A DNA stretch of 64,000 nt, from assembly GCA_028280285.1 (NCBI GenBank), contig JANQMA010000014.1, positions 907 to 64,906 of the forward strand. The letters are read 5' to 3'. The stretch comes from Candidatus Omnitrophota bacterium. GTDB lineage: Bacteria; Omnitrophota; Gorgyraeia; Zapsychrales; Zapsychraceae. The notes under the pieces are model-generated. The model worked only from the letters and a program-made list of their open reading frames with translations. It searched no databases and had not been told where the DNA came from. Positions 48,574 to 56,732 of the stretch are shown piece by piece; within the stretch, counting starts at the first letter, position 1, and every line of letters starts with the position of its first letter. Made by a program: the position numbers and the translations under genes.

Positions 48574-48594
48574 ATAACTTAAGGAAAGAAATTA

Positions 48595-48810
48595 ATGACA
48601 GAAATAGATATTCCTAATACATACGAAGAATGGCTGAATTTATTGAAGTCTCATGCCAATGACGTTTTATCGAGAGAAAGAATTGATAAAAGAATTAAAG
48701 AATTGAGTAATCTCAACAATACAGAAACCATACAATTCTGTAACCTTTACGGGGATGAACATCGACAGAGGGTTATAGAATGGTTTAAGCGTGCCGCAGA
48801 AGAGTTGTAA
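48595..48810 (+). CDS. Small hypothetical protein (71 aa)
   Basis: ORF sitting between operon genes. Confidence 0.3.
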   Translation: MTEIDIPNTYEEWLNLLKSHANDVLSRERIDKRIKELSNLNNTETIQFCNLYGDEHRQRVIEWFKRAAEEL

Positions 48811-48824
48811 AATAGAGATTAAAG

Positions 48825-49796
48825 ATGAACGATCATAACAAAACTCCAATCACAATCGTTGCTGGCTTTTTAGGCGCAGGTAAAACGACTTTACTGAACA
48901 ACATGCTTTCTTTGCGGAAGGATCGTAAATTAGCTGTTATTGTTAATGATTTCGGTTCGATTAACATTGATAGCCGTTTAATCAAGTCCGTTGATGAAGG
49001 TATCATTGAATTATCTGATGGATGTGTTTGCTGTAGCATCCGGGCAAAGTTTTTTGACACAGTTATGCAATTATTAAAATCTTCTTATGCCCCTGATCAT
49101 ATCATTGTTGAATGCAGTGGTATATCCGATCCGGGATTGGTTTCAACCACATTACTTTCGCCTATGCTTCGACCTTTATTAAAGGTTGATGGAGTTATTA
49201 CTGTCGTTGATGCCAAGAATGTGCTGTCATTCTACAAAGCGTATCCGACACTAGTTGAAAAACAAATAGAATTTTCTAATTTTGTTGTTCTTAATAAGAT
49301 TGATCTGATTTCAAAGGAGATTAAAACAGAGGCTATAAATTTTGTTAGAAAGGTCCAGCCTGAGGTTCGTATTATTGAAGCAGTTAATGCGAATGTGCCG
49401 GTTGATCTATTATTAGGATTTTCAGAGGGTAATGGTGAGTTGGATAATTCGCTCAACGAAGAATTAAATGAGTATGATACGACACAATGGTTTGACTCGA
49501 TAAGTTATCGAACCGATAAAGTATTTTCTAAAAGGGCGTTAAATGATTGGAAAGATCACTTGCCTCCTGAGATTGTTAGGGCTAAAGGTATACTCAATTT
49601 GGGCAAGAAAGAAGGTATCGTTAATTTTAGTTTAGTCGGCAGTTGGAGTAAATTCGAAAAAATGACAGCTGTAACTGAAATAAGTGAGTCCGAAATGGTT
49701 TTGATTGGCAGTAAAGGATGGGCAGAGGACTACGATATTAATAAAAAATTGGATCAATGTTTAGAAGGCAATTATAAGGAAAGCGGTAAATGTTAA
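48825..49796 (+). CDS. COG0523 / CobW-family GTPase (putative zinc metallochaperone, ZigA/YeiR-like)
   Basis: GTPase P-loop GFLGAGKTTLLN and the metal-binding GCVCCS motif characteristic of COG0523. Confidence 0.85.
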   Translation: MNDHNKTPITIVAGFLGAGKTTLLNNMLSLRKDRKLAVIVNDFGSINIDSRLIKSVDEGIIELSDGCVCCSIRAKFFDTVMQLLKSSYAPDHIIVECSGISDPGLVSTTLLSPMLRPLLKVDGVITVVDAKNVLSFYKAYPTLVEKQIEFSNFVVLNKIDLISKEIKTEAINFVRKVQPEVRIIEAVNANVPVDLLLGFSEGNGELDNSLNEELNEYDTTQWFDSISYRTDKVFSKRALNDWKDHLPPEIVRAKGILNLGKKEGIVNFSLVGSWSKFEKMTAVTEISESEMVLIGSKGWAEDYDINKKLDQCLEGNYKESGKC

Positions 49797-51238
49797 AAGT
49801 CTATAATTCTCTTACACGAACAAAGGAAGAATTTAAAACACTTGAACCCAACAAGGTAAAAATGTATGTCTGTGGGCCGACAGTTTACGATCTTTTGCAT
49901 ATCGGTAATTTTCGCGGTGCGATTATCTTCAATTTGGTTCGTAATTGGCTTGAGCAGTCTGGTTATGAAGTTACGTTTGTTTATAATTATACAGACATCG
50001 ATGACAAAATTATCAATAAGGCCAATGAGGAAGGAAAAGATGCGCTGGATGTTTCACGGCATTATATAGAGAAATTTAAAGAAGATTATGCCGCGTTAAA
50101 GCTTCCGGCCCATTCACATAATCCAAAATGTAGCGATTATATGCCGCAAATGGTTGAATTTATCAATACGCTGATTGAAAAAGGCAATGCTTATGAGGTG
50201 GATGGTTCTGTGTTTTATGCGATTGACAGTTTTGATGAATACGGAAAGTTAAGTGGCAAGAATATTGAGCAACTCCAAGCGGGGTATCGTGTCGACTCTG
50301 ATAAACGAAAACGAAATCTTCTTGATTTCATATTATGGAAGCCGGCGAAGGAAGGAGAGCCGGCGTGGGATTCCCCGTGGGGAGCTGGCCGGCCCGGATG
50401 GCATATTGAATGTTCAACGATGAATTATGCTATTCATGGTGAACAAATTGATATTCACGGTGGAGGAATTGATTTAATTTTTCCACATCATGAAAACGAA
50501 ATTGCTCAAACCGAAGCAAGGACAGGCAAGCAATTTGCGACCTATTGGATGCATAATAATTTCATTAATATGGGTGATGAAAAAATGTCCAAGTCTTTAG
50601 GCAATATTCTAAAGGCGCGCGATTTTATACAAAAATATCATTCCGAAATTTTAAAATTCCTTATTCTTTCTGTTCATTATCGTTCATTGTTAAATGCCAA
50701 CAAAGTGGCCGTTGAGCAAGCTATTGTTGGACTGAGACGTATTTATGGCGCATTACTGGAAGCGGGGAAAATTGTTAATCAAACTAAAGAAATCGGTGAG
50801 CATTTAGATTTCCAAAAGAAAATTGAACAAGCAGATAAAGAAGTGACTGCTGCGCTTAATGATGACTTTAATACGCCGCAGACTTTTGCCGCCATTTTTG
50901 AAATTGTGCGTACGTTTAATGGAGTATGTAAAGAGAAAGGGAAGTTACCCGTCAAGGCTGGGGCAGCAAAAATATTTATCGATTGGGTTAAAGCTAAAGG
51001 ACAATTGATGGGATTATTCCAAGAAGTCCCATCGGAATTATTACAGAGATTAAACGAAATATTGTTAGAGGAGAAAGGTTTATCGAGCGATAAGATTTTG
51101 GGATTAATGAAAGAACGTTGGACGGCACGTGAGGAGAAAAATTACAAACGGGCAGATGAAATTCGTGATGAACTGCTTGCGATGGGTGTGGAAGTCAAGG
51201 ACGGGGTTGAAGGAGTTCAGTGGCAAGTGAAGGCATGA
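49790..51238 (+). CDS. cysS: Cysteinyl-tRNA synthetase (zinc ligands retained)
   Basis: HIGN (HIGH-like) and KMSKS class-I motifs; Zn-ligand Cys/His positions conserved (CGPTVYD, HIECST, HGGGIDLIFPHHENE). Confidence 0.9.
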   Translation: MLKVYNSLTRTKEEFKTLEPNKVKMYVCGPTVYDLLHIGNFRGAIIFNLVRNWLEQSGYEVTFVYNYTDIDDKIINKANEEGKDALDVSRHYIEKFKEDYAALKLPAHSHNPKCSDYMPQMVEFINTLIEKGNAYEVDGSVFYAIDSFDEYGKLSGKNIEQLQAGYRVDSDKRKRNLLDFILWKPAKEGEPAWDSPWGAGRPGWHIECSTMNYAIHGEQIDIHGGGIDLIFPHHENEIAQTEARTGKQFATYWMHNNFINMGDEKMSKSLGNILKARDFIQKYHSEILKFLILSVHYRSLLNANKVAVEQAIVGLRRIYGALLEAGKIVNQTKEIGEHLDFQKKIEQADKEVTAALNDDFNTPQTFAAIFEIVRTFNGVCKEKGKLPVKAGAAKIFIDWVKAKGQLMGLFQEVPSELLQRLNEILLEEKGLSSDKILGLMKERWTAREEKNYKRADEIRDELLAMGVEVKDGVEGVQWQVKA

Positions 51239-51283
51239 GCGACTTTAAAGAAATTTTAAACAGGTTATCTAAAAGGAGAAAAA

Positions 51284-51772
51284 ATGAGTGATAAGCTTGA
51301 AATATTTGGGGTAAGAAATAGCGTAGAAGAAGTTGAAGAGGGTAATTTTCTCGCGCCTAAATTTGATAAAGACGGGTTAATTCCGGTCGTCACAACAGAC
51401 TATGATACCGGAGAAGTTTTGATGCATGCCTACATGAATAATGAGGCTCTGGCTAAAACAATCGAAATCGGTGAGGCGGTTTACTATAGCCGCAGCCGTA
51501 AGGTTATATGGCATAAAGGGGCAACCAGTGGTCTTGTTCAAAAAGTAAAAGAGTTACGGATTGATGATGATCAAGATTGTGTTTGGATGCGTGTTGACGT
51601 TCAAGGTGGCGCGAGTTGTCATGTCGGTTATCGTTCTTGTTTTTATAGAAGTGTTAATTTTGCGGATAAAGCAAAAGGTCAAGAGCCTGTTCAGCTTAAT
51701 TTTGAAGAAACACAGAAAGTGTTTGACCCCAAAGAAGTCTATGGAGACGCTCCCAATCCAACACAGCTTTAG
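51284..51772 (+). CDS. hisI: Phosphoribosyl-AMP cyclohydrolase
   Basis: WHKGATSG motif and the C...C zinc site (CHVGYRSC); about 160 aa. Confidence 0.8.
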   Translation: MSDKLEIFGVRNSVEEVEEGNFLAPKFDKDGLIPVVTTDYDTGEVLMHAYMNNEALAKTIEIGEAVYYSRSRKVIWHKGATSGLVQKVKELRIDDDQDCVWMRVDVQGGASCHVGYRSCFYRSVNFADKAKGQEPVQLNFEETQKVFDPKEVYGDAPNPTQL

Positions 51773-51780
51773 AGTCAAAG

Positions 51781-51813
51781 GGGTCAGAGCAAAAATTTGC
51801 TCTGACCCTTTTT
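51781..51813 (+). terminator. Strong Rho-independent terminator ending the zur...hisI operon
   Basis: gggtcagagcaaa-aa-tttgctctgaccc (13-bp perfect stem) followed by ttttt. Confidence 0.85.
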
Positions 51814-51836
51814 AAAAGAAAAGAAAGGAAGAAAAA

Positions 51837-53042
51837 ATGAAGAAAGTTGTTTTATTAATGATCATCATGAGTTTTGCGATGTGCTCACTCGCTCATGCAG
51901 ACATCAATGAAGAAGTTCTTCGTGAGCTGCGCGCTTTAAAAGCACGCGTGATTGAGCTTGAAGCAAAAGTTCAGCAATATGAGCGCCAAGATATGGCCCG
52001 TACGCATGATGACCATGCCGGGCATGATGATCATCACGGACATGATCACGCAGCAGATGAAAAATGGGGCCCGTTTGGCGAGCATGATCATGGTGGGTTA
52101 GATTTTGACCGCATATCGATTCATGGAGGAGTTGACCTTCGCCTGACCGATGCTGAGGAAGCAGAAAAAGATGCTGTTCTGCAAGAGGCGGAAATCGCAC
52201 TTGAGGCAGAATTAACGGATTGGTTAACCGGTTTTGTGAGCATCACCAAAGAAAATGGTGAATCGGCCGCTGTTGAAGAAGCTTTTGGTGAGATGACTAT
52301 CGATGAATGGAACCTGAAGCTTAAAGGGGGGAAGTATTTTGTTCCTTTTGGTGCTCTTAATCAATTTGAATACTTTGATCGCCCTACCATTACCCGTTCC
52401 CCGATGGAAGAAGATTTCTTTGGTGAAGAACCTTGGATTGATACAGGGGCCACAGCGCAATTATTATTGCCTGAATTCGTTGATGGGTGGAAATCAGCTT
52501 TAACCGTTGGTTTATTTAATGGGGATAACGAAGCAAGCTTCGGTGACGATGACGAGGCGACATCAGAAAGCAATAACAATTTCCCTCTTTTGGTCCGCTA
52601 CCAAAAACATTATGAGGACGATTGGGGTTCTTTGAGTGGTGGATTTTCCTTTGCGCATGGGAATTCCGATGCCGCTGAAGATTTTGAGACAACAGTTAAA
52701 GGGGCCGATTTAGCACTTAATATCGGCAATTTTGACTTTCTTTTCGAGTATATTCATCGTGATAAAGAAGAAGCTGGCAATGGGTTAGTTGGTTATGGGT
52801 ATGATCTCAGTGCCTCATACACCGTGCCGCTCGAATATAAGTATCTGGAGTATGTAGAATTTCTTTTTGCCTACGGCATGAGTGATGCGAGCGAATCGAC
52901 CGAGAAAGAGCGCTTCGTACCGCAGCTGACGCTTGGCTTTACAGAGAATACAAAGCTACGCTTTCTCTATGAATTCCTAGAAGAGAAGCCAACGGATACA
53001 GACAATAATCGCTTCATATCCCAATTTGCATTCCAATTTTAA
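51837..53042 (+). CDS. His-rich outer-membrane beta-barrel protein (putative metal-regulated porin/receptor)
   Basis: Signal peptide, coiled-coil segment, His-rich stretch HDDHAGHDDHHGHDHAADEKWGPFGEHDHGG, alternating beta-strand pattern, and a C-terminal aromatic residue (…FAFQF). Confidence 0.6.
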   Translation: MKKVVLLMIIMSFAMCSLAHADINEEVLRELRALKARVIELEAKVQQYERQDMARTHDDHAGHDDHHGHDHAADEKWGPFGEHDHGGLDFDRISIHGGVDLRLTDAEEAEKDAVLQEAEIALEAELTDWLTGFVSITKENGESAAVEEAFGEMTIDEWNLKLKGGKYFVPFGALNQFEYFDRPTITRSPMEEDFFGEEPWIDTGATAQLLLPEFVDGWKSALTVGLFNGDNEASFGDDDEATSESNNNFPLLVRYQKHYEDDWGSLSGGFSFAHGNSDAAEDFETTVKGADLALNIGNFDFLFEYIHRDKEEAGNGLVGYGYDLSASYTVPLEYKYLEYVEFLFAYGMSDASESTEKERFVPQLTLGFTENTKLRFLYEFLEEKPTDTDNNRFISQFAFQF

Positions 53043-53056
53043 TTAATTATAAAAAG

Positions 53057-53140
53057 CCTATTCAACTGCGTCAGTTGAATAGGCTCCAATTAGACCTAAC
53101 CTCAAGGGTGTTCTAACGACACCCTTGACTTTTTTATTTT
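53057..53140 (+). terminator. Two tandem hairpins after the OMP gene; the second is an intrinsic terminator
   Basis: gcctattcaactg-cgt-cagttgaataggc at 53057-53085, then caagggtgt-tctaacg-acacccttg followed by acttttttatttt at 53103-53140. Confidence 0.7.
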
Positions 53141-53142
53141 AG

Positions 53143-53159
53143 ATGATACACTGTCTCAT
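53143..53159 (+). promoter_or_regulatory. Candidate Fur-family operator half-palindrome upstream of the second Fur-family gene
   Basis: atgatacactgtctcat; its reverse complement atgagacagtgtatcat matches 13 of 16 positions of the box at 53631-53652. Confidence 0.35.
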
Positions 53160-53171
53160 ATAAAGGATAAT

Positions 53172-53615
53172 ATGGATCAACGGATTAATAATGAAAAGGA
53201 AAAGTTTGTCAGCTTTCTTGAGAAAAACAGGGTTAGGTTCACACCGGCCCGTAAGATCGTTTTTGAAGAAGTGATGAAGGCGCACGGGCATTTTGCGGCT
53301 GAGGAGCTGGTCAAACAGTGTAAAAAGCATAAGCGTAATGTTTCCCGCGCAAGTGTTTACCGGTGCCTCCGTGAGATGTTGGAGGCAGGCATCATCCGCC
53401 AGACAGCCTATGGGGAGAAACATGCCCATTTTGAGCATATTTATGATGAAAAACCACATCACCACGCGCGCTGCATTCGGTGTGGTGATCTATTGGAAAT
53501 ACCTGATTTAGATGAAGAAAAACTTTACGCATCAATCCTTAAAAAGAAGAATTTTAAGGTAATCGGCCATGAAATGGTTTTTTATGGATTGTGCGATAGA
53601 TGTCAAGATGACTAA
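53172..53615 (+). CDS. Fur-family metalloregulator (second paralog; Fur/Mur/Zur-like)
   Basis: Fur fold with HHHxRCxRCG and a C-terminal CDRC motif. Confidence 0.8.
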   Translation: MDQRINNEKEKFVSFLEKNRVRFTPARKIVFEEVMKAHGHFAAEELVKQCKKHKRNVSRASVYRCLREMLEAGIIRQTAYGEKHAHFEHIYDEKPHHHARCIRCGDLLEIPDLDEEKLYASILKKKNFKVIGHEMVFYGLCDRCQDD

Positions 53616-53630
53616 AATTTTTTAACTATA

Positions 53631-53652
53631 AAATGAGATAGTATCTCACTTT
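53631..53652 (+). promoter_or_regulatory. 21-bp near-perfect palindrome (Fur-box-like operator) upstream of the TroA-like ABC operon
   Basis: aaatgagatagtatctcacttt with the 7-1-7 core tgagata g tatctca; about 20 nt before the GTG start at 53670. Confidence 0.5.
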
Positions 53653-53669
53653 AAGGAAGCGAGGAACCT

Positions 53670-54575
53670 GTGAAAAAATTATTTCTTTTCACAATTATGT
53701 TAAGTTTCGTATTAACCGCTCAGCCAGCTGTGGCGCAAAAAAAGCTTAATGTGGTCACCACGATCGGCCAAATCACCGATATCGTCACAATCATTGGTGG
53801 TGAAAATATAGAGGTAACGGGCCTAATGGGGGCAGGTGTTGATCCGCACCTTTACCGCGCTTCGGAGGGAGATGTTCATATTCTCTCAAAAGCTGATGTT
53901 ATTTTTTATAATGGGCTTAACTTGGAAGCCAAACTCGGCAAAATCTTAGCCAAAATGAAACGTGATAAAACAATTGTTGCCTTAGGAGAAAGCGTGCCGA
54001 AAAATTTACTACTTGATAGCGAGGATTACGTAGGGCACTCTGATCCTCATGTTTGGTTTAATGTCGAGCACTGGAGCCTTGTTGCCCAAAAAATAAGTAA
54101 TGTCCTGATCGAAAAAGATCCGGATCATACCGCTGATTATCAAAAAAACACCGATAAACTCATTGCCAGACTTAAAACGCTCCAAACATATGTTCTTAAT
54201 AGATCACAAGAGTTAAATAAAACACAACGTGTTTTGGTCACCGCCCATGATGCCTTTCGTTATTTCGGAAAAAAGTATGACTTTGAAGTTGTAGGCTTAC
54301 AAGGTATAAGCACTGAATCGGAAGCAGGCACAAAGGACGTCGCTGAACTGGCCGATTTTATCGCAGAGCGAAAGATCAAGGCCATCTTTATCGAATCGTC
54401 TGTTCCTGAACGTAATATCAAAGCGGTGCAGGAAGCTGTAAACGCGCGCGGCTGGAATGTTGAAATCGGTGGAGAACTTTTCTCAGACGCTATGGGTGAT
54501 GAAGGTACCGTGGAAGGAACATATATCGGCATGATTACGCATAATATCGATACGATTGTCGGTGCGTTAAAATAG
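53670..54575 (+). CDS. Metal (Mn/Fe/Zn) ABC transporter substrate-binding protein, TroA/MntC-like, GTG start
   Basis: Signal peptide and cluster-9 SBP fold without a His-rich loop (metal-ligand His in HLYR and HVWF). Confidence 0.8.
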   Translation: MKKLFLFTIMLSFVLTAQPAVAQKKLNVVTTIGQITDIVTIIGGENIEVTGLMGAGVDPHLYRASEGDVHILSKADVIFYNGLNLEAKLGKILAKMKRDKTIVALGESVPKNLLLDSEDYVGHSDPHVWFNVEHWSLVAQKISNVLIEKDPDHTADYQKNTDKLIARLKTLQTYVLNRSQELNKTQRVLVTAHDAFRYFGKKYDFEVVGLQGISTESEAGTKDVAELADFIAERKIKAIFIESSVPERNIKAVQEAVNARGWNVEIGGELFSDAMGDEGTVEGTYIGMITHNIDTIVGALK

Positions 54576-54648
54576 GTGAAAGGTAAAAGATGAATGGTAA
54601 AAGATTGAAATTATTTTTAACCTTTAACCTTCAACCCTTAACCTTACA
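54575..54648. repeat. Heptamer-built inverted repeat (GGTAAAA / TTTAACC units)
   Basis: aggtaaa agatgaa tggtaaa agattga ... tttaacc tttaacc ttcaacc cttaacc ttac. Confidence 0.55.
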
Positions 54649-54666
54649 AGTAAGGATAAACAAACA

Positions 54667-55428
54667 ATGACCAAACAAACTGAACTTTCTGCCATATCAA
54701 TCAATGACCTGACGGTTGCTTATAATGAGAAGCCTGTTTTGTGGGATATTGACTTTCATGCGCCACAAGGGGTGCTGCTCGCCATCGTCGGTCCAAACGG
54801 AGCTGGTAAATCAACACTGATAAAATCTATCCTTGGGTTGGTGAAACCTGCCGCCGGACAGATTCTTGTCTTTGACAATGACTACCGTCCGCAATCAAGG
54901 CTGATCGGTTATGTACCGCAAAAGAATTCTGTCGACTGGGATTTCCCAACCAGTGTACTTGATGTTGTCATGATGGGCTGTTACGGCGAACTCGGCTGGT
55001 TTAAACGCCCGAGCCACAAAGAACGTGAGCTCGCTATCAACTGTCTGGAAAAAGTCGGTATGAAGGAATTTATGAACCGGCAAATTAGTCAACTCTCCGG
55101 CGGCCAGCAGCAGCGTGTTTTTATTGCGCGTGCCTTTATGCAGGATGCGCCTATTTATTTAATGGATGAGCCGTTTGCCGGTGTTGATGCGGCCACCGAA
55201 AAAAGTATTATCGCTCTTTTAAGAGAGTTAAAGGACAAAGGCAAGACGGTTATCTGCGTTCATCATGATCTTCAAACACTCAAAGAATATTTTGACTGGG
55301 TAATGCTCCTTAATGTGCGGCGCCTCGCATTGGGACCTGTGAATGAAGTGTTAACAGCACAAAATCTGAAGAAAGCTTATGGAGGAAAGGCAGGGTTCCT
55401 CGCGGGGATGAATACGGAGGAGAAATAA
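54667..55428 (+). CDS. Metal ABC transporter ATP-binding protein
   Basis: Walker A GPNGAGKST, signature LSGGQQQR and Walker B YLMDEP. Confidence 0.9.
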   Translation: MTKQTELSAISINDLTVAYNEKPVLWDIDFHAPQGVLLAIVGPNGAGKSTLIKSILGLVKPAAGQILVFDNDYRPQSRLIGYVPQKNSVDWDFPTSVLDVVMMGCYGELGWFKRPSHKERELAINCLEKVGMKEFMNRQISQLSGGQQQRVFIARAFMQDAPIYLMDEPFAGVDAATEKSIIALLRELKDKGKTVICVHHDLQTLKEYFDWVMLLNVRRLALGPVNEVLTAQNLKKAYGGKAGFLAGMNTEEK

Positions 55429-55440
55429 AAGAACTAAAGC

Positions 55441-55508
55441 GTAATTAGTCGTTAGTCATTGGTCATTAGTGTTTAATAGTTCTAATGACTAAAGACCAAT
55501 GACCAAAG
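55441..55508. repeat. Heptamer-built inverted repeat (AGTCATT / AATGACY units)
   Basis: gtaatt agtcgtt agtcatt ggtcatt agtg ... ctaatga ctaaaga ccaatga ccaaag. Confidence 0.6.
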
Positions 55509-55514
55509 ATCAAA

Positions 55515-56654
55515 ATGATTGAATTTATCATCACATTATTTTCCGACCACACGCTACGCATTGTTGCCCTAGGCGCGATCACCATCGGTATAACCGCCGG
55601 AAGCCTTGGAGCCTTTGCCGTCCTGCGTCAACAAAGCTTACTTGGAGATGCCATTGCGCACGCAACACTCCCCGGGGTGTGCCTTGCATTTTTAATCACA
55701 CAAAGTAAAAGCAGTTTAATACTTCTTATCGGCGCAGCATTAGCCGGCTGGATCGGAACATTATTTTTGATGCTGATTACTCGAAATACACGGATTAAAA
55801 AGGATGCTGCGCTCGGCATTATTTTATCGGTCTTTTTTGGATTCGGTTTGGTATTACTTACCATTGTTCAAAAACTACCGACGGCAACGAAAGCAGGGCT
55901 AAATAAATTTTTATTCGGTAATGCCGCGACGCTCCTTCAAGAAGATCTGACAATTATTGCCACATTAAGTGCGGTTGTCCTCATGACACTTTTACTTTTA
56001 TGGAAAGAGGTGAAGGTATGCGTGTTTGATGAAGGATTTGCCAAAAGCATAGGGATTAAGATAACATTTGTCGATATTCTTTTAACTACACTGATTGTTA
56101 TCGCCATTGTGATTGGCCTGCAAACCGTTGGTGTTGTGCTTATGAGCGCCATGCTTGTTGCGCCGGCCGCTGCCGCCCGGCAATGGACGGACAATTTAAG
56201 TGTTATGGTTTTGTTATCGGCTGCTTTTGGTGCCTTATCCGGGTTATCAGGAGCTATAACAAGCAGCCTGGTGAGCAATCTTCCTACGGGGCCGACAATT
56301 GTAATTTTCTTAAGTACGTTGGTTGTAATTTCTTTATGTTTTGCGCCACGTAGAGGCATTATGTGGGATATCATCCGTTATAATAAAAGCCGTAAACAAA
56401 TCCAGACAACAACTATGCTTAAAAACCTTTTGCTGTTTTCAGAAATTAATACAAACGATCCGTTTCATCCGCATGATATTGCCGCTTTGGATGCGATCGG
56501 ACGCGGGGCCATCGATCAGACGATGCAGGAGTTAAAAAACAAAGGATGGGCCCAGCAGTTTAAAGATAAACGCTGGGCACTAACGCCTGTCGGACTAAAA
56601 GAGGCCAGAAGTTTGACAGAGGAGTATGAGAAGGGATTAATTACAGAAAATTAA
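55515..56654 (+). CDS. ABC-3 metal permease fused to a C-terminal DtxR/MntR-like winged-helix domain (YtgC-YtgR-like fusion)
   Basis: Eight-TM permease core (about 285 aa) followed by an ~90-aa extension (about 56367-56654). Its ...TMQELKNKGWAQQFKDKRWALTPVGLKEA segment matches the recognition-helix/wing pattern of DtxR (…[27 protein letters not shown]). Confidence 0.6.
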   Translation: MIEFIITLFSDHTLRIVALGAITIGITAGSLGAFAVLRQQSLLGDAIAHATLPGVCLAFLITQSKSSLILLIGAALAGWIGTLFLMLITRNTRIKKDAALGIILSVFFGFGLVLLTIVQKLPTATKAGLNKFLFGNAATLLQEDLTIIATLSAVVLMTLLLLWKEVKVCVFDEGFAKSIGIKITFVDILLTTLIVIAIVIGLQTVGVVLMSAMLVAPAAAARQWTDNLSVMVLLSAAFGALSGLSGAITSSLVSNLPTGPTIVIFLSTLVVISLCFAPRRGIMWDIIRYNKSRKQIQTTTMLKNLLLFSEINTNDPFHPHDIAALDAIGRGAIDQTMQELKNKGWAQQFKDKRWALTPVGLKEARSLTEEYEKGLITEN

Positions 56655-56659
56655 AAAGT

Positions 56660-56730
56660 GATGCTAGATCCTTGATACTGGATATTTAATCTAGCATCCA
56701 GGATCTGGGATCCAGTATCCAACGTCTAGA
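56660..56730. repeat. Heptamer-built inverted repeat (NNNNGAT / ATCNNNN units)
   Basis: gatgcta gatcctt gatactg gatattt aat ctagcat ccaggat ctgggat ccagtat ccaacgt ctagac. Confidence 0.6.
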
Positions 56731-56732
56731 CT

